The notes below the pieces were generated by a model that worked only from the letters and a program-made list of their open reading frames with translations, did not search any database and was not told where the DNA came from. Of a DNA stretch of 64,000 nucleotides, positions 13,628 through 28,385 are shown in pieces. The translations under genes were made by a program, and so were the position numbers. The DNA is from Trichoplax sp. H2 (lineage: Eukaryota), in assembly GCA_003344405.1 (NCBI GenBank), contig NOWV01000013.1, forward strand, positions 372,001-436,000. Direction: 5' to 3'. The first letter of the stretch is position 1. Each line of letters starts with the position of its first letter.

Positions 13628-16600
13628 ATGGCCAAAGTCGAGGCTAATTTGAATTCAATTTATAACGATCGAAGGCAATCGCGGCCATTATCGACCGCTA
13701 CGGCACCATTTCGTCTACCACCAACAAATCAAGGACTATCATTTGAAGGCAATCGTGAATGGCGTAGGTATGTTATATTATTGACTGTCTCTAGTCTGGG
13801 ATAGCACGATGATCGATCATACTATATCAATCAACCGCTAACCTATCATAGTTTGGAATACGGTAGTGCAATGTACTTACTTCATGTAAGCAGAAATCTT
13901 GTTCAGACATCCAAATCTAAAAGATAAAATCATTCTTCATAAGTTGAAATTGCTTTTCTAAACACTATTCAATCGATTATTGAACCTAATCTTTCATTTC
14001 ATAATAACCATCCACTTGTAAATTTATTTTTTCTCACTAGTCAGGAGGATGATTTGTTTTAAAATCATTCCGTTGAAAGAATACTAATTATCGCCATCGC
14101 TTTTTCTTCCTTCTTTAAACATTCCTTTCTCACTAGTACAGTACTAAAGGACAACATTTTACTTTTATCATCTTGCACATAGAGACAAACCAGTACTGCA
14201 TAACCAATATGTACTTCTGTATGTTATTGATTATCGATCGTTAAATAATTATCTTCATTTTAATATAAAAAAATTTGATTGCAAAGAAGGCCAATTCAAT
14301 TGGACTTTTCCTACCGCAACAGGATAACGTGGGTAAGATGAAAGAAAAAGAAAATTGAGCAAAGAGTTATTCTCTAAAAACTTCAAAAATGTTGATCTGG
14401 CCATATGACAAGCTATCTCCACTTATGATTTCCTTTTAGTATTTTTTGCGCTTCTTTTTTTGCATGCTTACACTACCGAAGATGACTTCGCTTCCTTTTT
14501 TCTCCATACTTACAAGTGTATTACACTTATTGACGGTAAAAATGAAAACTATAACACTATCCACTGTCATTGCTGACTTACGTTCTTCATGGATGATTTT
14601 AAGACACGTAGCCATGATTTTTTATTCAACTATTATACTCGTATTCATAATCATTTGTGTAGATGATTAAGCACCGTTCGTCGTATTTGTAAAAGTAATT
14701 CTTCTCCTTTTTCTACCTCTCATGACAGTATTGTAGCGAGCATTACCACGTTATTTCAGAAACGTAGTAGCAGTTATATAAGCTTCGATCAAGTTCTGGA
14801 GAAAGTCAGGTAGGTGATTAATTCTACACTCTTAAAATAATTGATTACAACCACTATAATTAAGATATCTCGTTAAACTAGAACTATAGACTTTTGCTTT
14901 TTTGTTGTTGTTATCACTCCTAAGTAGTGATGTTCAGTTAAATTAATTACTTTGTCGATTTCCAATTTAATAGCAAGAAAGGAGAATCTTGATAAATTGA
15001 TTTCATTCTAATCTAATTTGAGTATATCTTTTGTTCGAGATATTTATTTGGATTATAAATCAGTCACTAAATTTACTCGAATAATTTATAATTCTTGTTA
15101 AATGATTAAAGATTGTCATCTGGCAGAAAGATCAATGCATTATTATGCTACTATTTCTTTAGTTGTAGTCAAACAATATTATTCGACTTTACCTAAAGTA
15201 GTTCAAATCATTCTTCTTGACACTATTAATAGATAGTGTAGGCGGTTTTTATTAAACCTTATCCTATTTCTACCTTCCAATATCTGGCTATGTATATACT
15301 TAATATCAAATCAAGTAGAAAGTCATCCTTTGATGTAATTCACGGCCTAGATAAGTTGAATTATCATCCAATATACCAATGGCATGATTATGCTTATAAA
15401 GTAAATAAAGATTAATCCTCCGCAATGCGAAAATATTAAAAAATTTATGGATGTTAGATTTTCTTTTTTTCTCAATTTAATTTTCGAGGACTCTTTCTGT
15501 TTGCACTTTACGATACAGCTATAACGTCACAATGAACTATAAATCTTGATTAAGCTGCTGATAATACGTTTAAAAAATTGCCCCTGTTAGAATGTAGAAC
15601 AGAATCGCCTTTTATTCAAGCGCCAATATGGGCAATGGTTGAAATACCATATACGAGTAGTGTTGTCGTGAAGTATACAAATTTTATGAACATTTATTAG
15701 AAATTTCTTTAACTTTTCTACAGTAATTTATATTTAGCATTAAGGTTAATGAGTCACAATAATCATTTTAACAACTGTATTCCCGGCTTGCGATTGAACA
15801 GTTGTTACTTTTCTCGCAAAGTATGCACGTACCTGTACAATTCAAGAGGCGGTTCATTTTATTAATTAATATTTTTTTCTGATTTCAACTTCTTTATTAA
15901 GAAAATAACTAGCCATTATTTTCCTTTTGACTAAAATGATGTCAATTTGATCAGTCATGTAGCAGATAAAATGTTTAAGATTATCATCTTTTAATGTGGA
16001 AACTGTAACTAACAACGACTTCCCGATAGCTGTTTTAGAATTGACACAATATATAGTAAAAGAATGCATAAAATAACAATGTTAGACAATATCTATTTTA
16101 CAATTTTATTACGCTACAATGCTTGCAGATGTAATAAAAAGACACGTAATATTAGTTTCATATTCTTTACTAACAATACTCATTTATATATCCTCTATTT
16201 ATTTCTAATAGATTAATCTTGAACTCAGAAACAGGAAATTTACTCTACGATTATTATCAGGTTGGTTATTGATTTGATGAAGACTTTTTGGGAGGGGGAA
16301 AGAACTGTATTCCATAGTAAGCTGTAATTCGATGCTATACCACTTTTTATAAAAGTATTTATTAGTATAAATAATTAGTAGCCATACTACAGTTCAAAAT
16401 TATGCCTATGTCGGATACGTAGTATATAGCTACGGTCCTTAGGCAGTTTGCTTGAAGACTCCAGCGAAAGAATTATTTTATTCGTAATTCTATGAGGCAA
16501 TTCTACTGTAAATCTCCTTGTACTCTTCTATTGTACATCAAATCAGACGTGATTAGGCTACCATCAGCCTCTTTTCTCCTATTTAAGCCTATATTCATTC

Positions 16601-18899
16601 TATTAGCGTACAATATCCTCAAGTTAAAATTATCTTAAAAATTTTTATTGTAATTGCAGCTATAAATAATGTTGACTAGATTGTAAAATAAATGAATTTT
16701 TCACTTCAAGATTCCTACGTGTTAATCATATAGATATTACTATCACTGAACTTCTCTTTGTATCATAATTATAAGTCTTACATATAATTGCATGTTAAAA
16801 ATATTAGCTATTACTTAACTTCGACTGTAATATACGGTAAATCGTTTCGCGGATGCAATTCAAATACCAATCTAGTTTTCTTTCTCGGTACGTCTTTGTG
16901 AAATGTAGTAGACGTATGCTATTACGAAATCTCATAGATTCATTCATTCTATCTATTTCAAAATATTAGGATCATTTACTAAAGAAAGGAATGATTATTT
17001 TACGAGAAGAAGTCAAAGATCTTACTGGTAAGAGCTACTTTGATAATGTATCTAGTGCCTGTTAAGCGATATTTAACCCAAACAAATTAACCCGCTCAAA
17101 GAGCATATGCCACTTTTATTACAGTATATTTATCCACTGTTAATCACAGCATATCAATAATATTAAATCTGTGATCTCTGCTCAACTTGAAGTTATAGGA
17201 TAGGTTATAAAAATAACGCATATACTTAGATAGGCAATCTAAGACCTAGAACTGTTGTAGTACAGAATAAACGGGATGTAGTAGCTACTATTCCACGATA
17301 TCCTAAAGTGGCGTAAATTTTCCCGTAGTTAAAGGATTAATTAGATTTGCATACACATAAATGATATAACGATAGTATCACTTTGATAAAAATATTAATC
17401 CAATAGTTTATGTGCAGGTGATGAATTATTAAAGAAATTGGTGATATTGTGGAATCAATTTTTCGTCGATATTTTGCCTGCCTTACAGATTTTATTTCAC
17501 CCTATTCAGGTAATTTTATATTATATTATTTTATTTTCTAAAGTGATTTATAATTATCTTTCATAACCCAATACACCATATATCGCATTCGTAAATAAAT
17601 ATGAACTACTAATCAAACCTCTACAATTTTGTAGACAAGGCATTTAAGCATCCGTCAGGTAGCTTTAGTGAGTTTTAGAGACATTCTTTTATTGAAAACA
17701 AAAATTGAAGGTTAGAATATGTAATCAAATTGTTTGGCAAAATGGAATTAAATGTAGAAACTGTTTTGTAATTGATCACGTAGGAGACTGATTTAAGATA
17801 CTTACTCTGTATTTCATAATGGTATATACTGTAGTATGGTAACTTTGCTATTTCAGGCTCTTAAATTTTGTTTTACTTTTTATCTTAGAAACAATTTTAC
17901 TCGAAATTGCGACTATAACACCATCTATCCAACAAATGCTGTTGGTTTTATTGGTAAGGCATATATGCTATCGCTATACATATTCACAATACTGTTTGTA
18001 CTATCCTTTTTATTCGTAGCATATATCTCTACTGTATCATCCGATGATATTAAAGTATTTCTAACGCCGTAATACATAATTTTAACATTATCGTACCAGT
18101 GTTTCTTCTATTTTCAATCAGCTTAAAATCATAATTATGACATCATTTCAATTTTCAATTTATTGTAATTCCGTAGTAAATTAATAATATGCAGCATCTA
18201 TGCTGATATTGATATACCTTTACATTTATGACATTAATGCCATATTTTCAAAGCTGATATTTCGTCACTATATCTATTATTAAATACTTTTAGAGCGTTC
18301 ATGATAAATCACCACCCAATGAAGAATATATACGCTTAGAAAAAATGGCAGCCAAAGTAGTTAAGCCTTACATGCCGGTTAGTTATCGAAGCAACAATCT
18401 TGATACAGTAACACCAGATAATCCATATCTAAGGAGAATCAGAGATAGTATCTTAGGTAAGGTTTGGAATAGTTCTCTTTCATATTTGGGTTATAAGTCC
18501 AAAGTATAAATTAGCATAATGTATTAATATGTAATGTACCTTAACTAGTGAGATAGCAAATATACTAATAGCCATTTTAAATCAGACGGAATTCGGCAAA
18601 TAATTAGAAAAGCAGCAGTTGTTCTATTTGGTAGTATCGTTAAAATCTTAGCACGGTCTATACTAATATTAATTTATTTAATCGTTTTACTTTTTTATAC
18701 AAATAAAGAAGATAAAGATATTGTCATGAAAGTGCCAATTGTACTCAGGTCCGAGTCTGCGTCATTTAGTAACAGTCGTGATACTAGTAATGATTTCAGA
18801 GCATCCTTAGTAAGTGGTGGAATAACCTTCGATGCAAGGCCGCATAGTTTCGCTGGAGATTTGCCGTTACGTCGGAAGCACAGGGTTACTGTATTATAA
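13628..18899 (+). CDS. PRR5: Proline-rich protein 5 / Protor (mTORC2 accessory subunit, HbrB-like domain), about 9 exons
   Basis: Exons 13628-13767, 14729-14809, 16212-16260, 16970-17027, 17418-17509, 17635-17710, ~17889-17952, 18294-18455 and ~18709-18899. They give ...EWRSIVASITTLFQKR...YYQDHLLKKGMIILREEV...WNQFFVDILPALQILFHPIQ...SIRQVALVSFRD...SIQQMLLVLLSVH...EYIRLEKMAAKVVKPY, matching the PRR5/PRR5L conserved core. The last exon and stop are uncertain. Confidence 0.85.
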
Positions 18900-20447
18900 T
18901 AGTTAAAGTGGTACACTCGTAGGTTGAAGTATTGCTCTGCAAGTTGAGCGGCAGCTTGCTATCCTGATTTATGATGGGATGACTGAAATTGCTTTGACTG
19001 GTTTTATAAAGAATTGGCTATTAGGTTTTCTTATACTGTCTATCAATGATTGTAATATTGTATAATAACATATTTATCCAACATAGCCGGTAATTCACGG
19101 TACATACTTAGGTAACCTTGAAAATCCATTAACCTGTGACATTTATGTAGCAGCTAGTAAACTCTTTAAACACTGTTTACAAATCTATACGAAGATCAGT
19201 CATTAAAAATGTTGATTTATGATATCATACTGTGAAATCTGTAAGCCTAACTATGGATCGACATGGCGAAACTGTCATATCGTATACATTTGATTTTAAC
19301 CACGCTACAAGGGTTATAACCTGTTTCGTCATATTTTATATAATTTATGTATAGGATACACGACAATTAATTCCATCTACGTCGGGTGGTCTACCGGCAC
19401 CGATAATAGAGAATTAGAGAAGGAATACGAATTAAATTACCTGAAGTAACCCATGTATTTCGTTGATTGTTCTTTCACAGTGACTAATAACAATTACTAT
19501 TTCATTAAATAGATTTTGACAAACAAAATAATCGGATTTATGACGCTTCATCCATTGTATACCGACTCAATAAAGCATTCAATTTTCGGAAATACATGAA
19601 TTTATTGAAAAGTGGTGATAATGATAGTTGTTTCATTTAAACTACAGTTCGTATAGACCTCGTACGTTGCCTAAGTATTGTAGAAGATTGTACGATCTAG
19701 TAAAACATCGGTAGTACTAACAGTTACTAATATGCTTGCAATATGAATGAAAGAATTGTTATCCTACAGAATTAGGCTGGATAAAGGAGCAATCGCAGGT
19801 ATTCAGGAGTCACAATAAAATTTAACCTACTTGAAATATAACATAAATGTATAGAGTGTATCCCATATCAAAGCGATTAAAGAATACTTGAAGCAGTTAG
19901 GTAGTAAGTATTGTACAATGACAAAGAGTAACCGAAGAAGGTCATTATACACAATATGTATACCTAACAAGGTACGTATTAACGAACAGCATGAATCATA
20001 CTACAGTATTAAACAGGTTATCAAATGTCAGTATCAAACATCATTTCGGTATCTGTCAGATTTTACAACCGTCGTAACTAGACTCAGCACATAAGTATAA
20101 AACTGCTCTTGGGCGATCGCATTTTTTATGTACCAAATAATGTAATTAATACTAGCATTCTAATATATCTTTTCAAATACTTGATACAATCAAATCGTGG
20201 CTATGGCACGAAGGTAATAAACCTCTTACCACACAATTAGATAAAAAGCTAACAAATATTCAAACCAACAGTTCATAACTAAATAGAGTGAGCTATAACA
20301 ACATTTTTGATCTCACTCTGATATTTAGTAATTAGTTAACATACAGAAATAGAAATCTCTCTTTCGAGATAGACATTAGCAAATAACATGTTGCGGCTTA
20401 TTGTCAGGGCCGTATATCGCCCACCACTAGGTCAATTTACTTAAAGT

Positions 20448-23400
20448 TTAGTTGTCACCATTTGCTATTTCCATAGAATTATCACCATCTACAATTGCAG
20501 AACTACATAAATATAGGTAGAATTAGCTTAAACTTTCTCCAATGTTCTCATAAGAATGTCTTTTAATTAATGTAAACTACTGTACTATGCTATACTATCA
20601 CAATTCGGCCAACATACCTCATTTGCGACGAATTTTCCGATTGAGATTTTTGATTATTTTCACTAACACTATTATCTATCTCCATAACTTTCGGTTCTTC
20701 CGTTTGATGTCTAAATAATATTACAATACTATAAATATGCAAAATGTGTCAAAGATGAACGCAATAGCAATACTCTACTTACGGGGATATCTCTATCGAG
20801 TTAGATTCCGATGAGGCTTGTCTATAAAATAATTTATGTGGTTACTTAAGGTACAAAAGGGTTTTTCAACAGTAGCATCTAAACATACTTTCCAAAATCT
20901 GCCCAATTCCCATCAGATATATTAGATCCTTCATCAGCAGGCTTAGACCATATCCCTTCATCTGATACTTGAGCGTTGAAATTTGCTGTCCAGGATGCTA
21001 TTATCGTAGGACACGAAATAAATGTCTTAATTATTAGTGCTTGTATTTAACAAAATACAGCCATTAAAATTAATTTATTGTTTACCGCTATTATTTTGAT
21101 CATTTTCACCCTGCTCTGATTGAGCAAAAGGATTCGAAAAAGAAATAAGTTGATCGCCATCTCCAGTACCATCGTCTGATGAATCACTATCGCTGCTACT
21201 CCTATTGTGCTCAGTATTATCTTCTTTTAGCGCTTGCCTATATCGAATAAGGCCATATAAAGTAAAGATCAGAATAATATAAACATATTAAGACAATTCA
21301 AGTAAGGAAATACTATACAATAGTAACAGTTGTCATAAATATCAATAGAAAGAAACTAACTCATGGGATTCGCTGGTAATTGAGAACTCGCGTTCTTCCC
21401 AGACATCTTCGGTGGTTTCGTCAAAAGCAGCCATTTTTTCGTTACAGCGTTCTTCGAAAATATTGGCTGAATTCTAAAGAAATATCATCGAATATACGAT
21501 ATGGTGTAAGTATATATTGTAATAATTATTCGTAAGTGTACATAGCTACAACTATGAAATGAATTTTCATCACCATGCTATCTTGTACATCAATTTTGAA
21601 TTTGACATCCTCTAATGCGTCATAGTGAGCCTTAAGGCATTCATCATCGTCTTGAAATTCATCTTCATCGTATGATAATTTATCTATCATACTAGGGCCA
21701 AGGTCAGACATTTGATAATGATTGTAAATCTAAAAAATTTCGAAAGAATCGTTAAAATTATATACAGATAGTGAGAACTAGTTTAAAAATTGTTATAGTA
21801 ATTACCTTCGGTAAATTGCCAGTAACAGCTCTAGGAAAGTCATCCTCATCAGATATGGAGGATGTCCCAGAATTGGTCGGCTTTACTAATTCGATAGCGT
21901 TCCTCTTATTTGTCTCCTTAAGAGAACCAGAAATGAACTGATCCCATCGCCCATGTATATCTTCGGCAAGATCTGTATAATCACAATAACTTAATTACTT
22001 TTATTACCCTCTTGATCATCGTTAACAATGATGTATAAATTGTGATGAAATGAAACTAGTACAGCATTCTTGCCTTTAAAATACGATTGAAGTATCTCTT
22101 TATTTGGACCTCTTTCTAATCTAGTAGCTACGGTATTAGCAATTCGAGTAAGATATCCCATATGGCCTCCGCGTTGACCATGAGGATTTGCCCTATCCAA
22201 AGTATATACAGCAGTTAGTAAGCTCTTCAATATTAGTCGTGAACCATGCTACATCTCAACAGAAATTTAAAATTTAGACTAACGTTTCTTTCTCGTTGTC
22301 TTCCCAATTATCCACTATTTTTTCTAATATCCGGCAGTTTTGGAACAGCTGTTTTGGTACAAATTAAGGTTCACCGTATTATTTAAATCAATAATTGGCA
22401 AAAAGCTATAAAAATTTATGTACTTACCGTATTTATCAGAGGAGATACTCTAGCACCATCCTCTTCATTTGGTGTATTGGTAAGGATTGTAACGATACAT
22501 TGCTCCACATGTAAATGAAGGAAATTATTCCAGGAATATTTGAAGAACAGATCCTACATGATGAATTATACACATGGCCGCATTGTTAAAAAATATAATG
22601 TCATTGACGGAAGATTTTTATTATAGCTTGGAAACTTACCCACAATAATTCTAAAGTTCCTAATTTAGCCAATTCAACGTTGACTGCATGAACATTTGTA
22701 AGTAGTAAAGCTGAAACTAATTTAGCGACATGCAATCTGACATTTCCTAATGGTGGTTGTAGTAAGCCAGCTGTAGTCCGCATAGCTTGCCTCTGAGAAT
22801 GGTTCAGTAACATCCTCATTAGTTGAATATTACAGTAATCCTTACAGCAATATACAATATTACACGTATAACACGAGCGAATTTAACTTACACGAGGAGG
22901 AGATTTTAAAAGGTCGGTTAAGTCCCTTAACCTAGGTATTATTCCTTGTATTTCATTATCAACTCCTGGAATTGTTGAAAATGTCTGAATTAGAAAGCTA
23001 CTTAAAATTCTTCGTAAGAATAGATTTGATAAGATCGTACCTTCAGCAAATTCCTTAGTGTCTATAATCACAGATGCGTCTTCTAATTGTTCACTGGTCC
23101 TTCGCAGATCTATCATCGCAAGTAATACCTGAATACCACTTACAATAGCAGAATCGCATCTTTCGCCATTTGTTTCTTGCAACATATTTTCTATCAATAG
23201 TTGAACAGTTTCTTGCCTGTGCATAGCCATAAGCAAAAAGATTTGATTACAATTGTGTCGGCAACAGCATAAGAGTAATTGCAGTAGACACAATTATAGC
23301 TTAGTAATATGCTCACCTTTCAATTGTACGAAGCAAAGGATCATGTAGCTCACTGTCAACCATAGTTGGTAAACGTTCACGTCCTTGTCTAATAATATCA

Positions 23401-26400
23401 CATAGTACTTGCGAAGCATAAGAATGCATCTACAGTGATATGAGTAGTATTTATTAAGAACAATCTTACAATTTCAATTTACATAAATACTGCCAATCTG
23501 TTTGAAACAATAGTATTTACTCCTCCTAAATTATTATCATAAGAATTCAGTAAAATGTGGTATACCTCGCTTTCGATTGCTGGATTAATAAGTAATATCA
23601 GTTTTGTTATTAGTGATTCTTCGTCCAACCACTTCAAAAATATAAGTATATTGGTCAGAAGATAATACAATTTAAAAAAAAATCTTATAGTTTTACTATT
23701 CAACTGAGTTAAAAGCCCATCGTGAAATATGTTTTTTTGCACCGATTGCATTTTATTGCTCGCTACATCTATTAGATAGTATAAGACATAGCTGGTTATC
23801 GTTGCGTTCATTTACCTCCAATTTAAGCCAGTATGATAATAGTAACATAATACTGGGGTAAGGTACTGGAGGATATATTCCAAACGATAATATTAAGTAC
23901 ACGGACAAGTACTCAATAAATGTCAAAATTTTAAGCAAGATAGCAAGTACTAGAATTCTTGAACAATCTATAATTATTCGATACGCACTTATACTTGGGT
24001 ATGGTGTAAACTGACCATATACGTGACAATCTTAAGTCGACGTGTATTTGTTTTATATCGCATTATTCCCCTACCCATATTAACTATATTATAAGATTTT
24101 TGCTAAGATAACTAATAATTGATTCCGCTGTAACTACTTATAAATTGCAGGATACAGCCTTTTGATATGTAAGTACAAAAATACTAAGAAATTTACTATA
24201 TTACCTATGCACTAAAAGCTATGTAAAATATACATTTAAGAAAGATGGCACAGCAAATAATGGGGAATGAAATCTTTAATATGTATAGCATCATTCAATT
24301 AAGATATTTGGCATTTATATAACATATTAACGTATTATAATAGTTTTGAGCGGTATTATTGAAAAAATTCATACGTTTCCTTAACTCTTATCAGCCATTG
24401 CAACATACAGTACTACTATTATCTTAATTTTCAATGGAATGCAATTAATTTCGTCTAATTGTGCTGTTGCTAGATATCTTGACTGCTATCTTAATTAAAT
24501 ATATTGAATCAAAATTGTTAATAAAGCAAAAATATTATCAATACCTCTCTGACACTACACTACAACTAACATTTGGGCAACGGGCGATATGGATATCATA
24601 GTACCTTCAACAAATTTTTAAAGTGATTTGAAATGTTGTAAGAATAGATTGTACTACATGTAGAAGATAGTTAGGTACATAGTTTTAACGTGAAATGTAC
24701 CACGGATAACTATGCACGAATAAAGCTTGGCATTGTAAATTTGAAAGAAATGTCGATAACAATCTTATGATAATATACATGTATACTGTTTATGATGTAC
24801 TGTTACAAAGGGATCGTGTGTATAACTATGAGGAGAGAATTTCTGAATGACAACGTACCTTTAAGATGGCAAATTTTAGCTGTGGATTTTCAGTACAGGT
24901 GACTAGGCGCATAAGTAAATCCATAATCGCTGATGTATTAAAATGTTTCAGAATAGTATTGACAACGCCATCATGGCCACACAAATAATGAAAGGTAGCT
25001 TCTGTATTCCTCTTTAATAATATACCAACAGTCTTGCTAAAAAAGCTAATCACCATTGTAAATAATTGCGTTAATACAGAACGATTTATAATACTATAGT
25101 TTACTGATGAAATGAGATTGCTACTCTATTTAAAAGCGATTACTATTCCGTTAATCTGCTATACAATTTTTTGGATGTCTAGCTACTGTACTCACACCGA
25201 TGAGAATTTAACATTGGGATACAAATCAGAAAATATAGAATTTTTAAATACAAGGTTATTGTCATTAACTATCTAGACGAAAATATGATTAATTTCTAAC
25301 TATCTAGAGCAATAGGTGAAGATAAATCAATTTATTAGATATTTTTTTGTAATTGGTTTGATTGTAAACGTACCTAGCTAATAAAGGATTTAAGGGAGAT
25401 TCATTATCTAGAAATGACCATAGCTTTTCAGTTAGTGCTGGTTCTTTAACTAAATTTTCAGTAATTGAGAAGACGTCGCAAGTTAAGATTTCGCAAGATG
25501 TACTTGGATACTTGAAGCGACTTTTTTCATCGACATCTTCTGAAGGTTCATTTACAATATAATTGACCATTGCTTCGATTGAAGTTGGCCTAGACAGACT
25601 GTACGAGTAATGACAATAGATAAATATTATAGTTAGGCAATTTATTATACACTGTACGTTGACGAAGATGATATCGAAAATAAAAGAGAGAAATTTTAAG
25701 ATGTATTCTATCTTCGTAGATATATACTAATACCATAGACGCCGGTAAAAAAAAATATATATGATAGTTTATTCCATATAAAAAAATAGCGTTCAATGGA
25801 AAAACGAAAATAATAAGGATCGATCGGTTCTTACGATAAGTTGTAGATGTATATATTTATGATAATAACAAGCATATAGTAGGCGACTGTTTCTAGAGTT
25901 AAATACGGACAGCGAAGTTATCCATGTATTCCGAGTTTGAAATTTGTCATTTTTTTTTATCAAATGGTCAAGATTTGGTAACTGGTTTTCAAAACAAGTA
26001 CGGTGGCGCACTTTTTTTGTACGAGTTATTCGCGATTACTTTTATCCCGTCAGGTAAAAAAATAGTCAAACTATTGGTTATCAATTGAGCAATAAGGCAA
26101 CAGTAGTTGTTCTTTTTTATTTCGCTACAACAGTATCTTAGAAAAAACAGGCGACGTTGAAAATAACTTACAACTCAATTAATTTAGTATTCTGTGCTTT
26201 ACATTCTTGTAAGACATCGTCTTCATCGAGAACTTCTTCAATGGTTACATTCTATAATTGATAATATTAGAAAATCAATTAACTTACTCTGTATCAGGTA
26301 GTTGCATTGACATTTTTAATCTCATAAATGATGATTAGCATTTAGCGCAATGCGTCATAGAATGAAACAGTGATGAAGAAAGCAATCTCCACATCAAGAT

Positions 26401-26644
26401 ATTTTTCTAAATTACGTCTAGTATAGTATAATTATTCATCTTTCAGTGATATCTGTCACGTAAATTATTCTTTACATGACCTATTTATTACAACTAGGAG
26501 AATGATACAAGTAACTTTAGGTATGATAAATACATGATCAATTTTTTAATCATATATAAACAAAATGATTGACTACGTTGTTACCTCTTTACATAAGATA
26601 GAGTCGATAGCAGACACTTGATGATAGTTAAATTTCCAAAACAT
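20448..26644 (-). CDS. PPP6R3: Protein phosphatase 6 regulatory subunit (SAPS / SIT4-associated protein family), about 20 exons
   Basis: MFWKF start; DEDDVLQECK; FKYPSTSCEILTCD; LNPLLASFFSK; TSAIMDLL; PPLGNVRL; YSWNNFLHLHV; GHMGYLTRIAN; acidic C-terminus ending ...MEIANGDN*. It is probably co-orthologous to vertebrate PPP6R1/2/3. Confidence 0.92.
21973..22073 (-). other. GC-AG intron in PPP6R
   Basis: Donor AAAG|GCAAGA and acceptor tatacag|AT join QSYFK-D-LAEDIHGRW in frame. The only in-phase GT donors downstream would leave an intron of about 35 nt or less. Confidence 0.8.
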
Positions 26645-27997
26645 GTTGTAGATTGTTATAACCAGCAGCAAGCGATTTCTAATTTAAAGATATCAATCCC
26701 AGTTAGAAATAAGAGTAGATAAATAAGGTATTTTTATCGAGGATAATGATTCATCATTGCTATGTTCATGATTAGAAATGATAATACTCTCATGGATAAT
26801 ATTGCTAACACGTTGTCATTCTATACTGTTGACTTGGCAGTTATAAAATAATACTTTGACAAGATTGATCTTAGAGTTATTCTTGCTATTTAATTCTCGT
26901 TACAAATTCATCATTGTCAACTTTAAGTAGAATAAATTGTACATTAGAGTTGTAAACAATATTGAAAAAGTCGAAATTAAAAGGGGGATTGAGTCTATCG
27001 ACAATCTTTTCTTTTCCGCTTGAACTGTGTAATTAAGCAAGTGAGGTAATTGATTTATATAGGAAATGAGTCATTAGTGGTATGGCGTAGGACAAACTCT
27101 ATACTACAGTATAGCTCGTGTAGTCTAGTCTAGTACAGTAGATAGTGGTAGGCTAAGCGAATCAACGACAGCCAAACTGGGATACAACTGTTGAAAGATG
27201 ACTGACATGATGATATTTTCCTCTATCCTTAATTGATTAATTTATATTTTAATAGAAAGAATACTTACTAAATCATCACATTGAACTAAGAAGATCTTTC
27301 TATGTTTCCTTTCTTAAATAGGATAACGATAGAGGTAGAGTAATCGATGAATTAATTTCTGGTAGACGTGTGTTGAAATTTTTTTCCCCAAGTCTTTCAA
27401 TATTGCAGTATACTTTGATGTCAATTTACCAAGTCTCTCTTCTTTTAGTCTCACCCCCAAAATATACTTGTGTGAATTAGTGCAACTTTTCTAGCTAATC
27501 AACTATCTTAATCTTGAAATCAACCAAAGGATAGAACCAGTTCAATTATCTTTGTCATAAGCTTTCAAATAATACACACATGGAATGTCTATTTTCCAAT
27601 TTTCCTGCTGACAAGAGAATGGTTGGATAATACAGAGGGGCAGATGGGCAAAACTATCGTTGGACAACGTTTTTCAACTAGTTTATGTTGACTGCGCAGG
27701 GTATTACAAAGTCGATTATAGTTCACTAGTTTATTTTACGACTGCATTCTAACAGTATAATGTACAAATCAAAGATACCAATGAAAGTAATCCTTGCTGA
27801 AGAGTTGGAATTGAATTTCAAAGAGGGTAAAGGGAACACGCTTGCCGCCGCTTTGACACTTTTTTTACAGAAATGTTGCCTGCCCTAGTCATCGGCAAGG
27901 CAATAACGACGAGAGTCGTATCAAAGCAATGTAGCCAGCTTGTAGTTATAACAGTATGGGCTGAATGAGTAGTTCGATTGCAATACGATCGATTCCC

Positions 27998-28385
27998 ACT
28001 GTACAGTACAGTACCGTACAGTGTAAGGTACGGTGATGTACAGTACAATACAATGCATGGTCAAGTACAGTGCAGTACTGTGCTTTACAGTACAGTACAC
28101 TGTACACAGTACTACAGTACGGTATCGTACTGTACACTGTACACTGTACACTGTAAAACTGCTGACAGAAATCTTCCGCGTCCAGTCCAGCACTATACAG
28201 TGTATTGTACTGTAGACTACAGTACAGTGTACTGTGGACCCCCCCCCTCTGTACTGTACAGTACAGTACCACTTTTACAGTATAATAATACAGTATTGTA
28301 CACTGTACACTGTACTGTACAGTATTTAATGCTAGTACTGTGTTTTCATCCGCAAAAATAAGATGAAAACCTTATACAGTACAGT
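27998..28385. repeat. TACAG/CTGTA/GTAC-rich tract in the PPP6R-HADHB divergent intergenic region
   Basis: About 390 bp dominated by tacagta/tactgta/tacactg words, with a C-tract at ~28239. This tract produces several spurious overlapping ORFs. Confidence 0.85.

Noticed and set aside
19355-19640. Extra + strand exon-like segments after the PRR5 stop
   Set aside because: They could not be joined in a consistent phase to PRR5 and are not recognisable. They may be 3' UTR or an alternative C-terminus.
27818-28361. Overlapping Tyr/Cys/Thr/Val/Ser-rich ORFs (also 8532-8821, 35685-35919, 54210-54593, 60813-61251, 63241-63634)
   Set aside because: They are translations of stop-poor TACAG/CTGTA low-complexity tracts on both strands, with no protein-like features.
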